From an uncultured Eubacteriales bacterium (GTDB lineage: Bacteria > Bacillota > Clostridia > Christensenellales > CAG-138), in the NCBI GenBank assembly GCA_900546845.1, contig UREK01000012.1, forward strand, positions 3,130-67,129: DNA of 64,000 nucleotides, written 5' to 3'. The notes under the pieces were generated by a model that was given only the letters and a program-made list of their open reading frames with translations, was not told the DNA's origin and searched no databases. The translations under genes were made by a program, and so were the position numbers. Position 1 is the first letter of the stretch. The number at the start of each line of letters is the position of its first letter. Below are positions 45,559 through 55,169 of the stretch, piece after piece.

Positions 45559-47163
45559 ATGGCAAAGAAAAAGACCGAGGAAAAACTAAACCTGGAGGCT
45601 GTCCTGTTCAAATGCCGTGACATATTGCGTCAGGCGCGTAATTCCGGCTCTTTCTTTGAAAAGCGGGACATGATGCTTACGCTTGTGTTCCTGCGCTTCA
45701 TCGGAGAAAAGTTTGAGGATGGCATTGCAAAACTGCGTCAGGATTTAATCGCACAGGAACTTGATCCGGATGATGAAAATATCTGGGCGGCGTTTTTTGA
45801 GGACGCCACCTTTACGGACGGCACATATAACCTGCCTGTGGAAGCCCGTTGGTCTACGATCATCAAGACGCCTGCACCGGGTCTCAATGTGGCTCTGGAT
45901 ACCGCCCTGCACAGCCTTGCCGCCAGCAGCGAACAGCTCAAAGGCTGTTTTGTGGAGGGTACGTTTACCGCACGGAACCTTGCGCCCAATGATATTAAAA
46001 AGATCGTTGACGAGGTCAATAAGATCAGCCATAAAACATTTGGGGAAGAAAAGGATCTGATCGGCCGCGTCTATGAATACTTCCTCAAGGAGTTTGCTGT
46101 AAACGCAACGAAGGAAGAAGGCGAATTCTATACGCCCCACGATGTGGTGCAGCTGATCGCCACCATGATCGAGCCCTTTGACGGCACGCTGTATGATCCC
46201 TGCTGCGGCTCCGGCGGCATGTTCATCCAGAGCGCAGCGCTTGTGAAAGCGAAGAAAGGGGATATCAGCCGCATCAATATTTATGGGCAGGAGAAGGAGC
46301 CCGCCACGCACCGGCTGGCGAAGATGAATCTCGCCCTGCGTGGGATCAGCCATCATCTTGGCGAGACAAGCGATTCCTCCTTTACCCGGGACCTGCATAA
46401 GGGCTTATATTTTGATTACATCATGGCGAACCCGCCCTTCAATCTGAAAGGCTGGTATGACGCCAACTTGAAAAACGATCCCCGCTGGGCGGACTATACA
46501 ACGCCGCCGGAAAGCAATGCAAACTATGCCTGGATTCTGCACATGCTTTTCCACCTGAAGGCGCTCAACGGTGTTGCCGGGTTTCTTTTGGCCAACGGCG
46601 CTCTGGGCGACAGCGATACCCTGGAGATACGGAAAAAGCTGATCCAGAACGACAAGGTGGAAGCCATCGTCATCCTCCCCCGCGAGTTGTTCATCACAAC
46701 GGATATCAGCGTGACACTCTGGATATTGAACCAGAACAAAAAAGGCGGCGCCTACCACGAACGGAACCTGCGCAACCGGGAACATGAGATCCTCTTTATG
46801 GATTTGCGCACATGGACGGAGAACCCGGTCAAAGGCGAGAACAAAAAGAAGGTTTGCCTGACCACGGAGCAGATACAGCGGGCGGCGGACATCTACCACA
46901 CATGGCAAAGCCAAGGGACAGACGGCGCGAAATACGCTGTGCCGGAGCTTTACCGCAGCGTCAGCATGGATGAGATCGAAAAGCAGGGTTGGAGTCTTGT
47001 GCCCAGCAAGTATATCGAATTCATCGACCACGACTTGGATATCGATTTCCACACAGAAATGCGCCGCATACAGCAGGAGATGCGGGAGCTTCTGGCGCAG
47101 GAAAAGCAGTCTCAAAGGATGCTGGAGAATGCTTTCAGGGGGATTGAGTATGGGATTGAGTAA
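45559..47163 (+). CDS. hsdM: Type I restriction-modification system methyltransferase subunit
   Basis: N-terminal HsdM_N (LFKCRDILR), motif I DPCCGSGGMF, motif IV NPPFN. Confidence 0.93.
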   Translation: MAKKKTEEKLNLEAVLFKCRDILRQARNSGSFFEKRDMMLTLVFLRFIGEKFEDGIAKLRQDLIAQELDPDDENIWAAFFEDATFTDGTYNLPVEARWSTIIKTPAPGLNVALDTALHSLAASSEQLKGCFVEGTFTARNLAPNDIKKIVDEVNKISHKTFGEEKDLIGRVYEYFLKEFAVNATKEEGEFYTPHDVVQLIATMIEPFDGTLYDPCCGSGGMFIQSAALVKAKKGDISRINIYGQEKEPATHRLAKMNLALRGISHHLGETSDSSFTRDLHKGLYFDYIMANPPFNLKGWYDANLKNDPRWADYTTPPESNANYAWILHMLFHLKALNGVAGFLLANGALGDSDTLEIRKKLIQNDKVEAIVILPRELFITTDISVTLWILNQNKKGGAYHERNLRNREHEILFMDLRTWTENPVKGENKKKVCLTTEQIQRAADIYHTWQSQGTDGAKYAVPELYRSVSMDEIEKQGWSLVPSKYIEFIDHDLDIDFHTEMRRIQQEMRELLAQEKQSQRMLENAFRGIEYGIE

Positions 47164-48271
47164 ATACACCATAGGTCAGCTCATAGAACTTACGACCGAA
47201 ACGAATGAAAACCATTTTTTTGAAGCAGCTGATGTTAGAGGAATGACTATCACAAAGCAAATCATTCCTACAAAGGCGGATTTATCAACTGCTGACTTAA
47301 CAAATTTTTTAGTTATACATCCTAATGAATTTGTTTTTAATCCCCGGACTCATGGTAAACATATCGGTTTTGGTTTTAATGATACCACCGAGAGCTTTAT
47401 TATTTCTTGGAATAATATTGGATTTAGAGTAAAGGAGGTAATGAAAGATATCGTTTCTCCGGAATACTTGTTTTTGCATTTCAACAGAGACGAATGGGAT
47501 CGAGAAGCGTGTTTCCGCTCTTGGGGAAGTTCTACTGAGGTGTTTACGTGGGATGCATTATGTGAAATGGTATTAGATCTTCCCGACCTCCCAACCCAGC
47601 AAAAATATGTAGCCATCTACAAAGCCATGCTTGCCAATCAGCAGAGCTATGAGCGTGGGCTGGAGGATTTAAGGCTTACATTTGATGCACTTATTGGTGA
47701 AACTAAGCATAAATTCCCTTTCAAGCCTGTTAGAGAGCTTTTAAGAGAAGTTGATAATCGCAACGAAAACGGTACAATTACAGATGTGCAAGGCATCAAT
47801 ATTCTGAAGCAATTTATGCCTTCGGTCGCAGATACCAATGGCGTAGACTTGACAAAATATAAACTTGTAAAGAAGAATCAATTTGCTTTTTCGGGAATGC
47901 AGACAGGGAGAGATGAGTGTATTCGAATTGCACTTCATCAGGAAGATGCCCCTATTATCATTTCGCCGGCGTATACTGTTTTTGAACGCAAAGATGATAC
48001 CGTGTGTGACGAATACATTTTGATGTGGTTTTCTCGAAAGGAAAGCGATCGGCGCGGATGGTTCATGAGCGATTCAAGCATTCGCTCCAATCTTGATTTA
48101 GATAGGTTTTATGAGACGGAGTTGCCAATACCCGATAAGAAAACTCAACAAGCAATTGTGGATATATTCAACATCTATGCTGCCCGTAGAAGCATCAACG
48201 AGCAGTTAAAAGCTCAAATCAAGGAAATCTGCCCGATCCTGATTCGGGGATCGTTGCAAAACGGAGGATAA
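47150..48271 (+). CDS. hsdS: Type I restriction-modification system specificity subunit
   Basis: 374 aa with two TRD-like halves separated by a conserved helical spacer (QQKYVAIYKAMLANQQSYERGLEDL; C-terminal QQAIVDIFNIYAARRSINEQLK). Overlaps hsdM by 14 nt and is AT-rich. Confidence 0.85.
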   Translation: MGLSKYTIGQLIELTTETNENHFFEAADVRGMTITKQIIPTKADLSTADLTNFLVIHPNEFVFNPRTHGKHIGFGFNDTTESFIISWNNIGFRVKEVMKDIVSPEYLFLHFNRDEWDREACFRSWGSSTEVFTWDALCEMVLDLPDLPTQQKYVAIYKAMLANQQSYERGLEDLRLTFDALIGETKHKFPFKPVRELLREVDNRNENGTITDVQGINILKQFMPSVADTNGVDLTKYKLVKKNQFAFSGMQTGRDECIRIALHQEDAPIIISPAYTVFERKDDTVCDEYILMWFSRKESDRRGWFMSDSSIRSNLDLDRFYETELPIPDKKTQQAIVDIFNIYAARRSINEQLKAQIKEICPILIRGSLQNGG

Positions 48272-48275
48272 GGCC

Positions 48276-51200
48276 ATGGCAAAACTTCAAAACTTCAACG
48301 GCCGCTATTGCGAGCAGGAATTTGAAAGCACCTTCCTTTCGTTTCTGGAGAACGAGGGCTGGCAGTACCTTCTGGGTAGCAATATGCCCCGCAGCTCCAA
48401 GCGGGAGGTTCTATATGCGGACGATATGGAGCAGTTCCTCCACAAAACCAATCCGGATCTGACTGCCGAGGAAATCCGGCAGCTCATGGATACCGTCCGC
48501 CTTGTAGGTGCGGAAAGTGAATTCGCCACCCTGCACAAAGTGTATGGCTGGATGGTAAACGGCATCCAGTTTACGCCCCAAAGCGGCATGGCCCAGATGG
48601 TTGCGCTGATCGATTTTGAAAAGCCGAAAAACAATATCTTCCGGGCGGTCAATCAGTTTGCCGTGGAATATACCAATAACGGACAAACACAGACCCGTCG
48701 GCCGGATATCCTTCTCTTTGTCAACGGCATACCGGTATGCATCATAGAGCTGAAAAATCCGGCAAATGACAAAGCCACGATCCATGAGGCATGGGAGCAG
48801 ATCAACATCCGCTATTGGCGGGATATCCCCCGCCTGCTGCACTATTGCCCGCTGGCCTGCATTTCCGATGGCGTAAAAACACGGCTGGGCACCGTCCGCA
48901 CGCCGTATGAGCATTTTTATGCGTGGCGGCGGGTGGACGATGGGGACAAGATATCCACCCTGCCTTTTGACGAGGTGGAAACCATGATCAAGGGCGTATA
49001 TAACCCTGAAAGGTTCCTGGAAATCTTCCGGGACTATATCTACTTTCAGGACAACCAGTATGATGGCGATGAACTGGAAATCGTCTGCCGTTACCCGCAG
49101 TTTTTCGCCGCACGGCTTTTAAAACAGAGCATCATAAAATCCGTTGTTGAAAGGAGCGGTAAGGGCGGAACCTATTTTGGCGCGACCGGCTGCGGAAAAA
49201 CCTATACCATGGCGTTCCTCGCCCGCCAGCTTGCCCTGCGCTGTACGGATGTGCCCGAGATCGGCTCCCCCACCATCGTCATGATCGTTGACCGTGACGA
49301 CCTGCAAAAGCAGGGCGCAAAGCTGTTTACCAAGAGCGAAGAGTTTTTGAACCTTGGTGAAGTCAAAGTTGTCCCAAGCCGCAAAGTGCTGCGGCAGGAA
49401 CTGGGCGCACGGGAAAGCGGGGGCTTTTATATCTGTACCATTCAAAAGTTCTGCGACAGGAAGGATGACAAAATCGGCCTGATCAACAACCGGGCCAATA
49501 TTATCTGCTTCTCTGATGAAGCGCACAGGACGCAGCTTGAACATGCCAACCGGATCAAGTTCAGCAAGGACGCTGATAAGAACATGAAGGCCATGGTATC
49601 CAAGCCCTACGCAAAGGTTCTCAAGGAGGCGTTTCCGCAGGCGACCTTTGTGGGCTTTACCGGCACGCCCATCGATAAAACATATCAGACCTTCGGCGCT
49701 GAAATAGATCGCTATACGATGGATCAGGCCGTTGCCGATGGGCTCACCGTACCCATCAAGTATCATCCCCGTATCGCAAAGGTTCTGCTGGATCAGGAAA
49801 AGATCAAGCAGATCGAGGCATATTACAAGAAATGTGCAGACGATGGCGCTACGGAAGAAGATATAGAAGCCAGCAAAAAGGCAATGAGTTCCATGGAAGT
49901 GATTTTGGGAGAGCCCTCCCGTCTGGAGCGCCTTGCCACCGATATTCACGATCATTACACTTCATCCTGTGCCAATGATCCGGACAGGGTGCAGAAAGCT
50001 ATGGTCGTTTGTTCCAGCAGAAAAATCGCCTATGATCTGCTCAAAACCTTCAGGGCGAAATATCCGGAATGGTTTGTAGAAAAGAAGGCACATGACGAGC
50101 TGAAGCCTTCCGATGAGGAACTGCGCGAATTGAAGCCAATGCCTTTTATCGCCATGGTAGCAAGTGTTGACAGCAATGATGAAGCGGATATGTATAACTA
50201 TCTCGGTGGCGTGCGGAACGACAAGCGCTCTGAGGATTTTGATGCTGCGTTCAAGCAGGATAAATCGAATTTCCGCATAGCAATCGTGGTGGATATGTGG
50301 ATCACCGGGTTTGACGTCTCCTCGCTTACCTATATGTACAATGACAAGCCGCTGAAAACCCACATGCTGATCCAGACGATAAGCCGCGTCAACAGGAAAT
50401 TTCCCGGAAAGGAACACGGCATTATCATCGATTATATCGGCATCCGCGACAATATGCGCCAGGCCATGAAGCTCTATGGCGGCGATCATTTCGTTGCGCC
50501 CACTGCCGACGATGTGGAGCAGGCTATCGACGTGTTCAGAGAGGAGCTATCCATTCTCAAAGATCTTTTTTCCGGATATGATTTGACCTCGTTCCTCGAT
50601 CCTGCGGGCGATCCAGCCCAGCGGTATATGCTGCTGGCAAAGGCGGCGGAATATGTATTTGCTTCCACGCAGGAACTGCAAACGGAAAACAACAGCGGCA
50701 AAAGTGTCAGCAAGGTATCGTTCAAAACATATTTCCTGAAAACTGTAAAAAGGATGCGGGCGGCGCACGATATCTGCCAGCCATCCGGTGAACTGGGCGA
50801 AGAAGAAGCCGCCCTCGCACAATGCTTTATGGCAATCGCAGGATTTGTACGCAAAATGAGCGGAACCGATACCGAGATCGACGCCGATACCATGAATCGC
50901 CATGTGGAGCGGATGGTCGAAGAAGCGCTGAAATACAACAAGGTTGAAAATGTTCTTGACGATGGAGAGCAGGAGGACATATTCAGCCCGGAATACTTTG
51001 AAAAGCTATCGGATGTAAAAATGCCAGCTACCAAACTGGAATTGCTGGTGAAGGAGCTTCGCAAGCGAATTTCTGAGTACGGCAGGACAAATCAGATGGC
51101 CGCAAAGAAATTCCAGGAAATGCTGGAAAAGACGATCGAACAATACCATGACAGGCGGTCGCATCTCACAGCTGAAGAAGCGGGAGAAGCGCAGGAGCAA

Positions 51201-51608
51201 ACCTCCGAAGAGATCATTAAAAACGCAACCGCCCAAGCGCTGCAAATCCTCAAAGAAATGAACGCTAACCGTGAAAGTTTTCGCAAAGTAAGGCTCACTT
51301 TTGAAGAAAAGGCGTTTTATGATATTTTGATGGCGCTGCGCGATGAATATAATTTTGAATACGGTAAGGATAAGGTTATCGATGGCGTATCTGTCAACGA
51401 CAAGTGTAAGTCGTTGGCAAAAAAGATCAAGGAGATCATCGATACAAAATCTTCCTTCGCAGACTGGTTGAATAATCAGATCGTGCGCGATCAGCTCAAA
51501 TTCGATATTAAGGTTTGCCTGATCAAAAACGGATACCCTCCCCAGTACAGCCCGGAAGTTTTCCGCAAAGTGATGGAGCAGGTTGAAAACTTCGAGGAAA
51601 ACCATTGA
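48276..51608 (+). CDS. hsdR: Type I restriction endonuclease subunit R
   Basis: 1110 aa. N-terminal nuclease region (PDILLFVNGIPVCIIELK), helicase motifs GATGCGKT and DEAHR, and a long C-terminal helical domain. Confidence 0.93.
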   Translation: MAKLQNFNGRYCEQEFESTFLSFLENEGWQYLLGSNMPRSSKREVLYADDMEQFLHKTNPDLTAEEIRQLMDTVRLVGAESEFATLHKVYGWMVNGIQFTPQSGMAQMVALIDFEKPKNNIFRAVNQFAVEYTNNGQTQTRRPDILLFVNGIPVCIIELKNPANDKATIHEAWEQINIRYWRDIPRLLHYCPLACISDGVKTRLGTVRTPYEHFYAWRRVDDGDKISTLPFDEVETMIKGVYNPERFLEIFRDYIYFQDNQYDGDELEIVCRYPQFFAARLLKQSIIKSVVERSGKGGTYFGATGCGKTYTMAFLARQLALRCTDVPEIGSPTIVMIVDRDDLQKQGAKLFTKSEEFLNLGEVKVVPSRKVLRQELGARESGGFYICTIQKFCDRKDDKIGLINNRANIICFSDEAHRTQLEHANRIKFSKDADKNMKAMVSKPYAKVLKEAFPQATFVGFTGTPIDKTYQTFGAEIDRYTMDQAVADGLTVPIKYHPRIAKVLLDQEKIKQIEAYYKKCADDGATEEDIEASKKAMSSMEVILGEPSRLERLATDIHDHYTSSCANDPDRVQKAMVVCSSRKIAYDLLKTFRAKYPEWFVEKKAHDELKPSDEELRELKPMPFIAMVASVDSNDEADMYNYLGGVRNDKRSEDFDAAFKQDKSNFRIAIVVDMWITGFDVSSLTYMYNDKPLKTHMLIQTISRVNRKFPGKEHGIIIDYIGIRDNMRQAMKLYGGDHFVAPTADDVEQAIDVFREELSILKDLFSGYDLTSFLDPAGDPAQRYMLLAKAAEYVFASTQELQTENNSGKSVSKVSFKTYFLKTVKRMRAAHDICQPSGELGEEEAALAQCFMAIAGFVRKMSGTDTEIDADTMNRHVERMVEEALKYNKVENVLDDGEQEDIFSPEYFEKLSDVKMPATKLELLVKELRKRISEYGRTNQMAAKKFQEMLEKTIEQYHDRRSHLTAEEAGEAQEQTSEEIIKNATAQALQILKEMNANRESFRKVRLTFEEKAFYDILMALRDEYNFEYGKDKVIDGVSVNDKCKSLAKKIKEIIDTKSSFADWLNNQIVRDQLKFDIKVCLIKNGYPPQYSPEVFRKVMEQVENFEENH

Positions 51609-51641
51609 TTAAATATCGCTATCTAAGCAAAGGAGGACAGC

Positions 51642-52313
51642 ATGGAGCAGACAAAGGGCGTAATCTACATACTTACAAACCCATCGTTTCCGCAATATGT
51701 GAAGATCGGGTACGCTACAGACGTGAAGCAGCGGCTTGACGAGCTCAACCGCAGCACTGCCGTGCCGTTTGCGTTCCGCATATATGCGACTTATGAAGTT
51801 AACTCTACCCTTTCCGACAAGAAGCTCCACTCCATTCTGGATAAACTGAATCCGGATCTACGCTCAATAGAAGATGTAGACGGCAAGCGCCGTATCCGTG
51901 AGTTCTATGCCATGGCTCCGGAGGATGCGTTCGCTATTCTTGAAGCAATCGCAGAAATCAATGGCTACCGCCACCGTCTGAAAAAATGGAAAGCAACGGA
52001 AACCGAGCAGCGTGACGAGGCTTTGGCGCAGGAGATCAATGAGAAGCACCAAGAGCGCTTGGCTCCGTTCGCGTTTTCCAAGTGCAACATCGCTGTCGGT
52101 GAACAGATCGAATTCTGCTGTACCGGAAACGACCATTCGGGAGAGCTGTGTGAAGTCGTTGATGACAAGCATGTCAAATATAACGGTGAAATATGGTCGC
52201 TCACCTCACTGGCAAAGCATCTGACTGGCATAAAAGGCTCGATCGCAGGCCCAAGGTATTTCAAATACAAGGGTGAGTGGTTGAACAGTATCCGCCGGCG
52301 GTTAGGAGTATAA
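51642..52313 (+). CDS. GIY-YIG-like (T5orf172/MUG113) domain protein with uncharacterised C-terminal domain
   Basis: KGVIYILTNPSFPQYVKIGYATDVKQRLDELNRSTAVPFAF...REFY matches the T5orf172/MUG113 pattern. Starts 33 nt after hsdR. Confidence 0.75.
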   Translation: MEQTKGVIYILTNPSFPQYVKIGYATDVKQRLDELNRSTAVPFAFRIYATYEVNSTLSDKKLHSILDKLNPDLRSIEDVDGKRRIREFYAMAPEDAFAILEAIAEINGYRHRLKKWKATETEQRDEALAQEINEKHQERLAPFAFSKCNIAVGEQIEFCCTGNDHSGELCEVVDDKHVKYNGEIWSLTSLAKHLTGIKGSIAGPRYFKYKGEWLNSIRRRLGV

Positions 52314-52364
52314 AAAGCCCTGCCGTTTTGCAAACAGCTGAAGCAATCGAAGGAGGTTGAATAC

Positions 52365-53387
52365 GTGAATTCTCAAGAACGTGAGATATTTTGGAATACC
52401 CTTTGCTCGTTATCGGGAAACGATAGAAAGCAAGATATCGAAAAGCTTACACAAGCTATTAGACTTCCAAAGTATCTTTTTCGATATCGCCCAGTTAGCC
52501 TAAACAGTTTGGAAGCGCTTAGGACCAACAAGCTGTATTTTTCTTCTGCGAATTACTACGATGATCCCTTTGATACATTCTTGCATATTGATATCGAAGA
52601 AATCAGGAAAGAATTTGGGGATGCATTCAAAACGGTTGAGAGCACAGAAGCTGTTATAGATGGCGTCAAATTGCTTCTCGGCAGCAGTCTTACTATGGAA
52701 CAAACAGAACAGCTAACAGCTGAGAATGTCGCAAAGGCGCTTTCAACAGGGATGCTTGAAAAGTTCTTGGAATCTGCTCTTCACATGCGTGACGAGGTTA
52801 AGAAAGATACATGGTCGGTTTGCTTCTCCGAGAATAGATTTAACGAAGCGCTATGGCTAAAATATGCAGATCAACATAAAGGTTTTGTTCAAATCTATGA
52901 TCTGGAAAACGGAGAAAACTTCTTATGTGGAAAACAAGAAAAGTGCGCTAACTGCGGAATAAAAAACTTTGGTACTCCACTCTATCCAATTTATTACTCA
53001 GATGCTCCATACAATGCGACCAAATTTGTGAAGTTAATCATGCTTCGTAAGTTGCTGGAAACCACTCAAACACCGTTTTCACAACAATTATATGACGAAA
53101 TATATTGTACCGGATATTGGGAGCAGGAAAAAACAACGCTGATAAAGAAAAAGTGTCATGAGTACGATGAAGAATGGAGAATGATTACCGGTTGTCCGAT
53201 GAAGCCGCCGATTATGATGGAATGGATTCCCAGTGGAATTATTCTTGGTCTGCGGATGGACGTTGCAGAAGAGAACCTTGTTGTAAGCATGGCTAAAGAG
53301 GCTGGAATTAAAGACATATATAAATCTTTCATAGACTCACAAAACCGACTAAATGCAATGCTGGTGAATAGCCCATCCTCAAATTGA
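52365..53387 (+). CDS. DUF2971 family protein
   Basis: YLFRYRPVSLNSLEALRTNKLYFSSANYYDDPFD is the DUF2971 signature. GTG start with a GGAGG RBS. AT-rich. Confidence 0.7.
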   Translation: MNSQEREIFWNTLCSLSGNDRKQDIEKLTQAIRLPKYLFRYRPVSLNSLEALRTNKLYFSSANYYDDPFDTFLHIDIEEIRKEFGDAFKTVESTEAVIDGVKLLLGSSLTMEQTEQLTAENVAKALSTGMLEKFLESALHMRDEVKKDTWSVCFSENRFNEALWLKYADQHKGFVQIYDLENGENFLCGKQEKCANCGIKNFGTPLYPIYYSDAPYNATKFVKLIMLRKLLETTQTPFSQQLYDEIYCTGYWEQEKTTLIKKKCHEYDEEWRMITGCPMKPPIMMEWIPSGIILGLRMDVAEENLVVSMAKEAGIKDIYKSFIDSQNRLNAMLVNSPSSN

Positions 53388-53461
53388 TCATCCCTATGCA
53401 TGCTGCGATGTATTGACATCGTCATTACATCGCATTATACTAATGCCAAGGAGATGAGAAT

Positions 53462-53782
53462 ATGGAACACCTAACAATACTCGATGCACCTAAGACGGCC
53501 ACCTTCCAAATGCGCATCAATCCCGATGCAAAATCGCAGCTTGAGCGGCTCTATGCCAACTGCGGCATGAGTATGACCGACGCCATCAACCTGTTTTTTC
53601 AGCAATCCATCAATGTAGGTGGATTGCCCTTTGTCGTGACGCAGAACAGCAAGGAAGCCCTGCGCAATGAAGCCATCGCCCAGTTAATGGCAGAAATCCA
53701 GGCAGGGCGGGATTCCGTAAAATCGAAAAATGATTGGGTCTCCGAAGAAGAAATGCTGGAAAGGTTTCATATCAAACCATGA
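53462..53782 (+). CDS. RelB/DinJ family type II antitoxin
   Basis: ATFQMRINPDAKSQLERLYANCGMSMTDAINLFFQQSINVGGLPF. Confidence 0.85.
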   Translation: MEHLTILDAPKTATFQMRINPDAKSQLERLYANCGMSMTDAINLFFQQSINVGGLPFVVTQNSKEALRNEAIAQLMAEIQAGRDSVKSKNDWVSEEEMLERFHIKP

Positions 53783-54105
53783 AGCTGCGTTATACGCCTG
53801 CCGCCATCTATGATTTGCAGGAGATCGAATCATATATTTGCGATACCCTTCTCAATCCGGACGCCACTATCCGCATCCTGACGAGAATCGCAAAGTCCTG
53901 TGCCTTGTTGAAGGATCAGCCCAACATGGGGCAGGCCCTGCGGGATAAGCTGGGACGAGATGTTGAAGGGCGTTATCTGATTTGCGAGAAACACATCATC
54001 ATCTATGATGTGGATGAGGCGATATCCATACTCCGTGTATTATTAGATACGCGAACGGACTATATCAGGGCTATTCTTTCGGAATTGTCAGAGAACGGAG
54101 ACTGA
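53779..54105 (+). CDS. RelE/ParE family type II toxin
   Basis: MKLRYTPAAIYDLQEIESYI...ICEKHIIIYDVDEAISILRVL. ATGA overlap with the antitoxin. Confidence 0.8.
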   Translation: MKLRYTPAAIYDLQEIESYICDTLLNPDATIRILTRIAKSCALLKDQPNMGQALRDKLGRDVEGRYLICEKHIIIYDVDEAISILRVLLDTRTDYIRAILSELSENGD

Positions 54106-54213
54106 TTTGGAGTTCAACGAAAATACTCTCTGAAGATAAGCAACGCTGCCGATCCTTCAGAATCATTTTATGGTATAATCAATTGAGAGAGACATTGGAA
54201 AGCAGGTAACGAT

Positions 54214-55008
54214 ATGCCCGACTATGCCGCCGCCAGAGAATACTGGCATTCCGACGAACCAAAAACCCCGGAAGAACTGGATATTCTTCTCGGCAGCTTT
54301 CGCGTGCTGTTCGCCTACCACTCTGGTAAGATCGAAAACGACCAAATCACCTACCACGATACCAGAGAAATCTTTGAGAACGGCAAGGCCCTGAACTTCA
54401 CCGGCGATCCCCGCGCTTTGTTTGAACAGCAGAATCAAAAGCTCTGCTATGATTTCCTGCGCCGCAAGATCGTAGAAAAAGAGCCTCTCTCCGTAGTGCT
54501 TATCAAGGAAGTCCATGCCATCCTCACCGGCGGGACATTCGATGAGCGCCGGTATGTGGATAAGGGTGAGCGTCCCGGAGAATTCAAAAAGCACGACTAT
54601 GTGACAGGCATCCATGAAGTTGGATATGCGCCGGAAGAAGTTGAACCCGCAATTTCAGAATTGATCGACGAATTGACCGAGCTCAATCCCAACGCCGATA
54701 TCCTCAAGGCTGCGGCATATTTCCATGCCCGGTTTGAGTATATCCACCCGTTTGTGGATGGGAATGGCCGCGTGGGGCGGACGCTGCTAAATTACTTCCT
54801 CATGACCCACGGCGAACCGCCCGTCATCGTGTACGATGAAGATAAGAAGGAGTATTATCAGGCGCTGGAGCGTTATGATATGGATGAAGAAATAGACGCT
54901 CTGACCGAATTCTTGCGGAAGCAGACAGCAAAAACCTGGACGAAGGCGCTTGAGCGCAGCACGGGGACGGCAAAGCAGCTGAAGAAAAAGCTGGAAGATT
55001 TTGAGTAA
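54214..55008 (+). CDS. Fic family protein (class II, with N-terminal inhibitory motif)
   Basis: Fic motif HPFVDGNGRVGR (HxFx[D/E]GNGRxxR) and an N-terminal SGKIEN matching the [S/T]xxxE[G/N] inhibitory helix. Confidence 0.88.
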   Translation: MPDYAAAREYWHSDEPKTPEELDILLGSFRVLFAYHSGKIENDQITYHDTREIFENGKALNFTGDPRALFEQQNQKLCYDFLRRKIVEKEPLSVVLIKEVHAILTGGTFDERRYVDKGERPGEFKKHDYVTGIHEVGYAPEEVEPAISELIDELTELNPNADILKAAAYFHARFEYIHPFVDGNGRVGRTLLNYFLMTHGEPPVIVYDEDKKEYYQALERYDMDEEIDALTEFLRKQTAKTWTKALERSTGTAKQLKKKLEDFE

Positions 55009-55169
55009 AGTGTGCAAAACAGTTGGACGAATTGAGTTCATCATCCGTTCATCATGAAAGATGAACTCTGCTCCTGTGAACACCCGACACACACAGGCGG
55101 CGCACAGGAAACCCAGACGTTTCAAGGGTTTTTAGCTCAGAGATTTGTTTAACCCTATCGCCACATGCC

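Noticed and set aside
45745-51605. Minus-strand ORFs inside hsdM, hsdS and hsdR (45745-46398, 46405-47172, 48411-48914, 49119-49955, 49962-50489, 50486-51064, 51006-51605)
   Set aside because: All are antisense to the R-M genes, which carry unambiguous catalytic motifs. None has a recognisable domain or an RBS.
55120-55169. TAGCTCAG fragment upstream of attR, considered as a possible second (degenerate) tRNA copy
   Set aside because: Only the 8-mer matches the D-arm. Spacing to the anticodon-loop repeat is 29 nt rather than 17 nt, and no acceptor or D-stem pairing exists. This is probably chance similarity.
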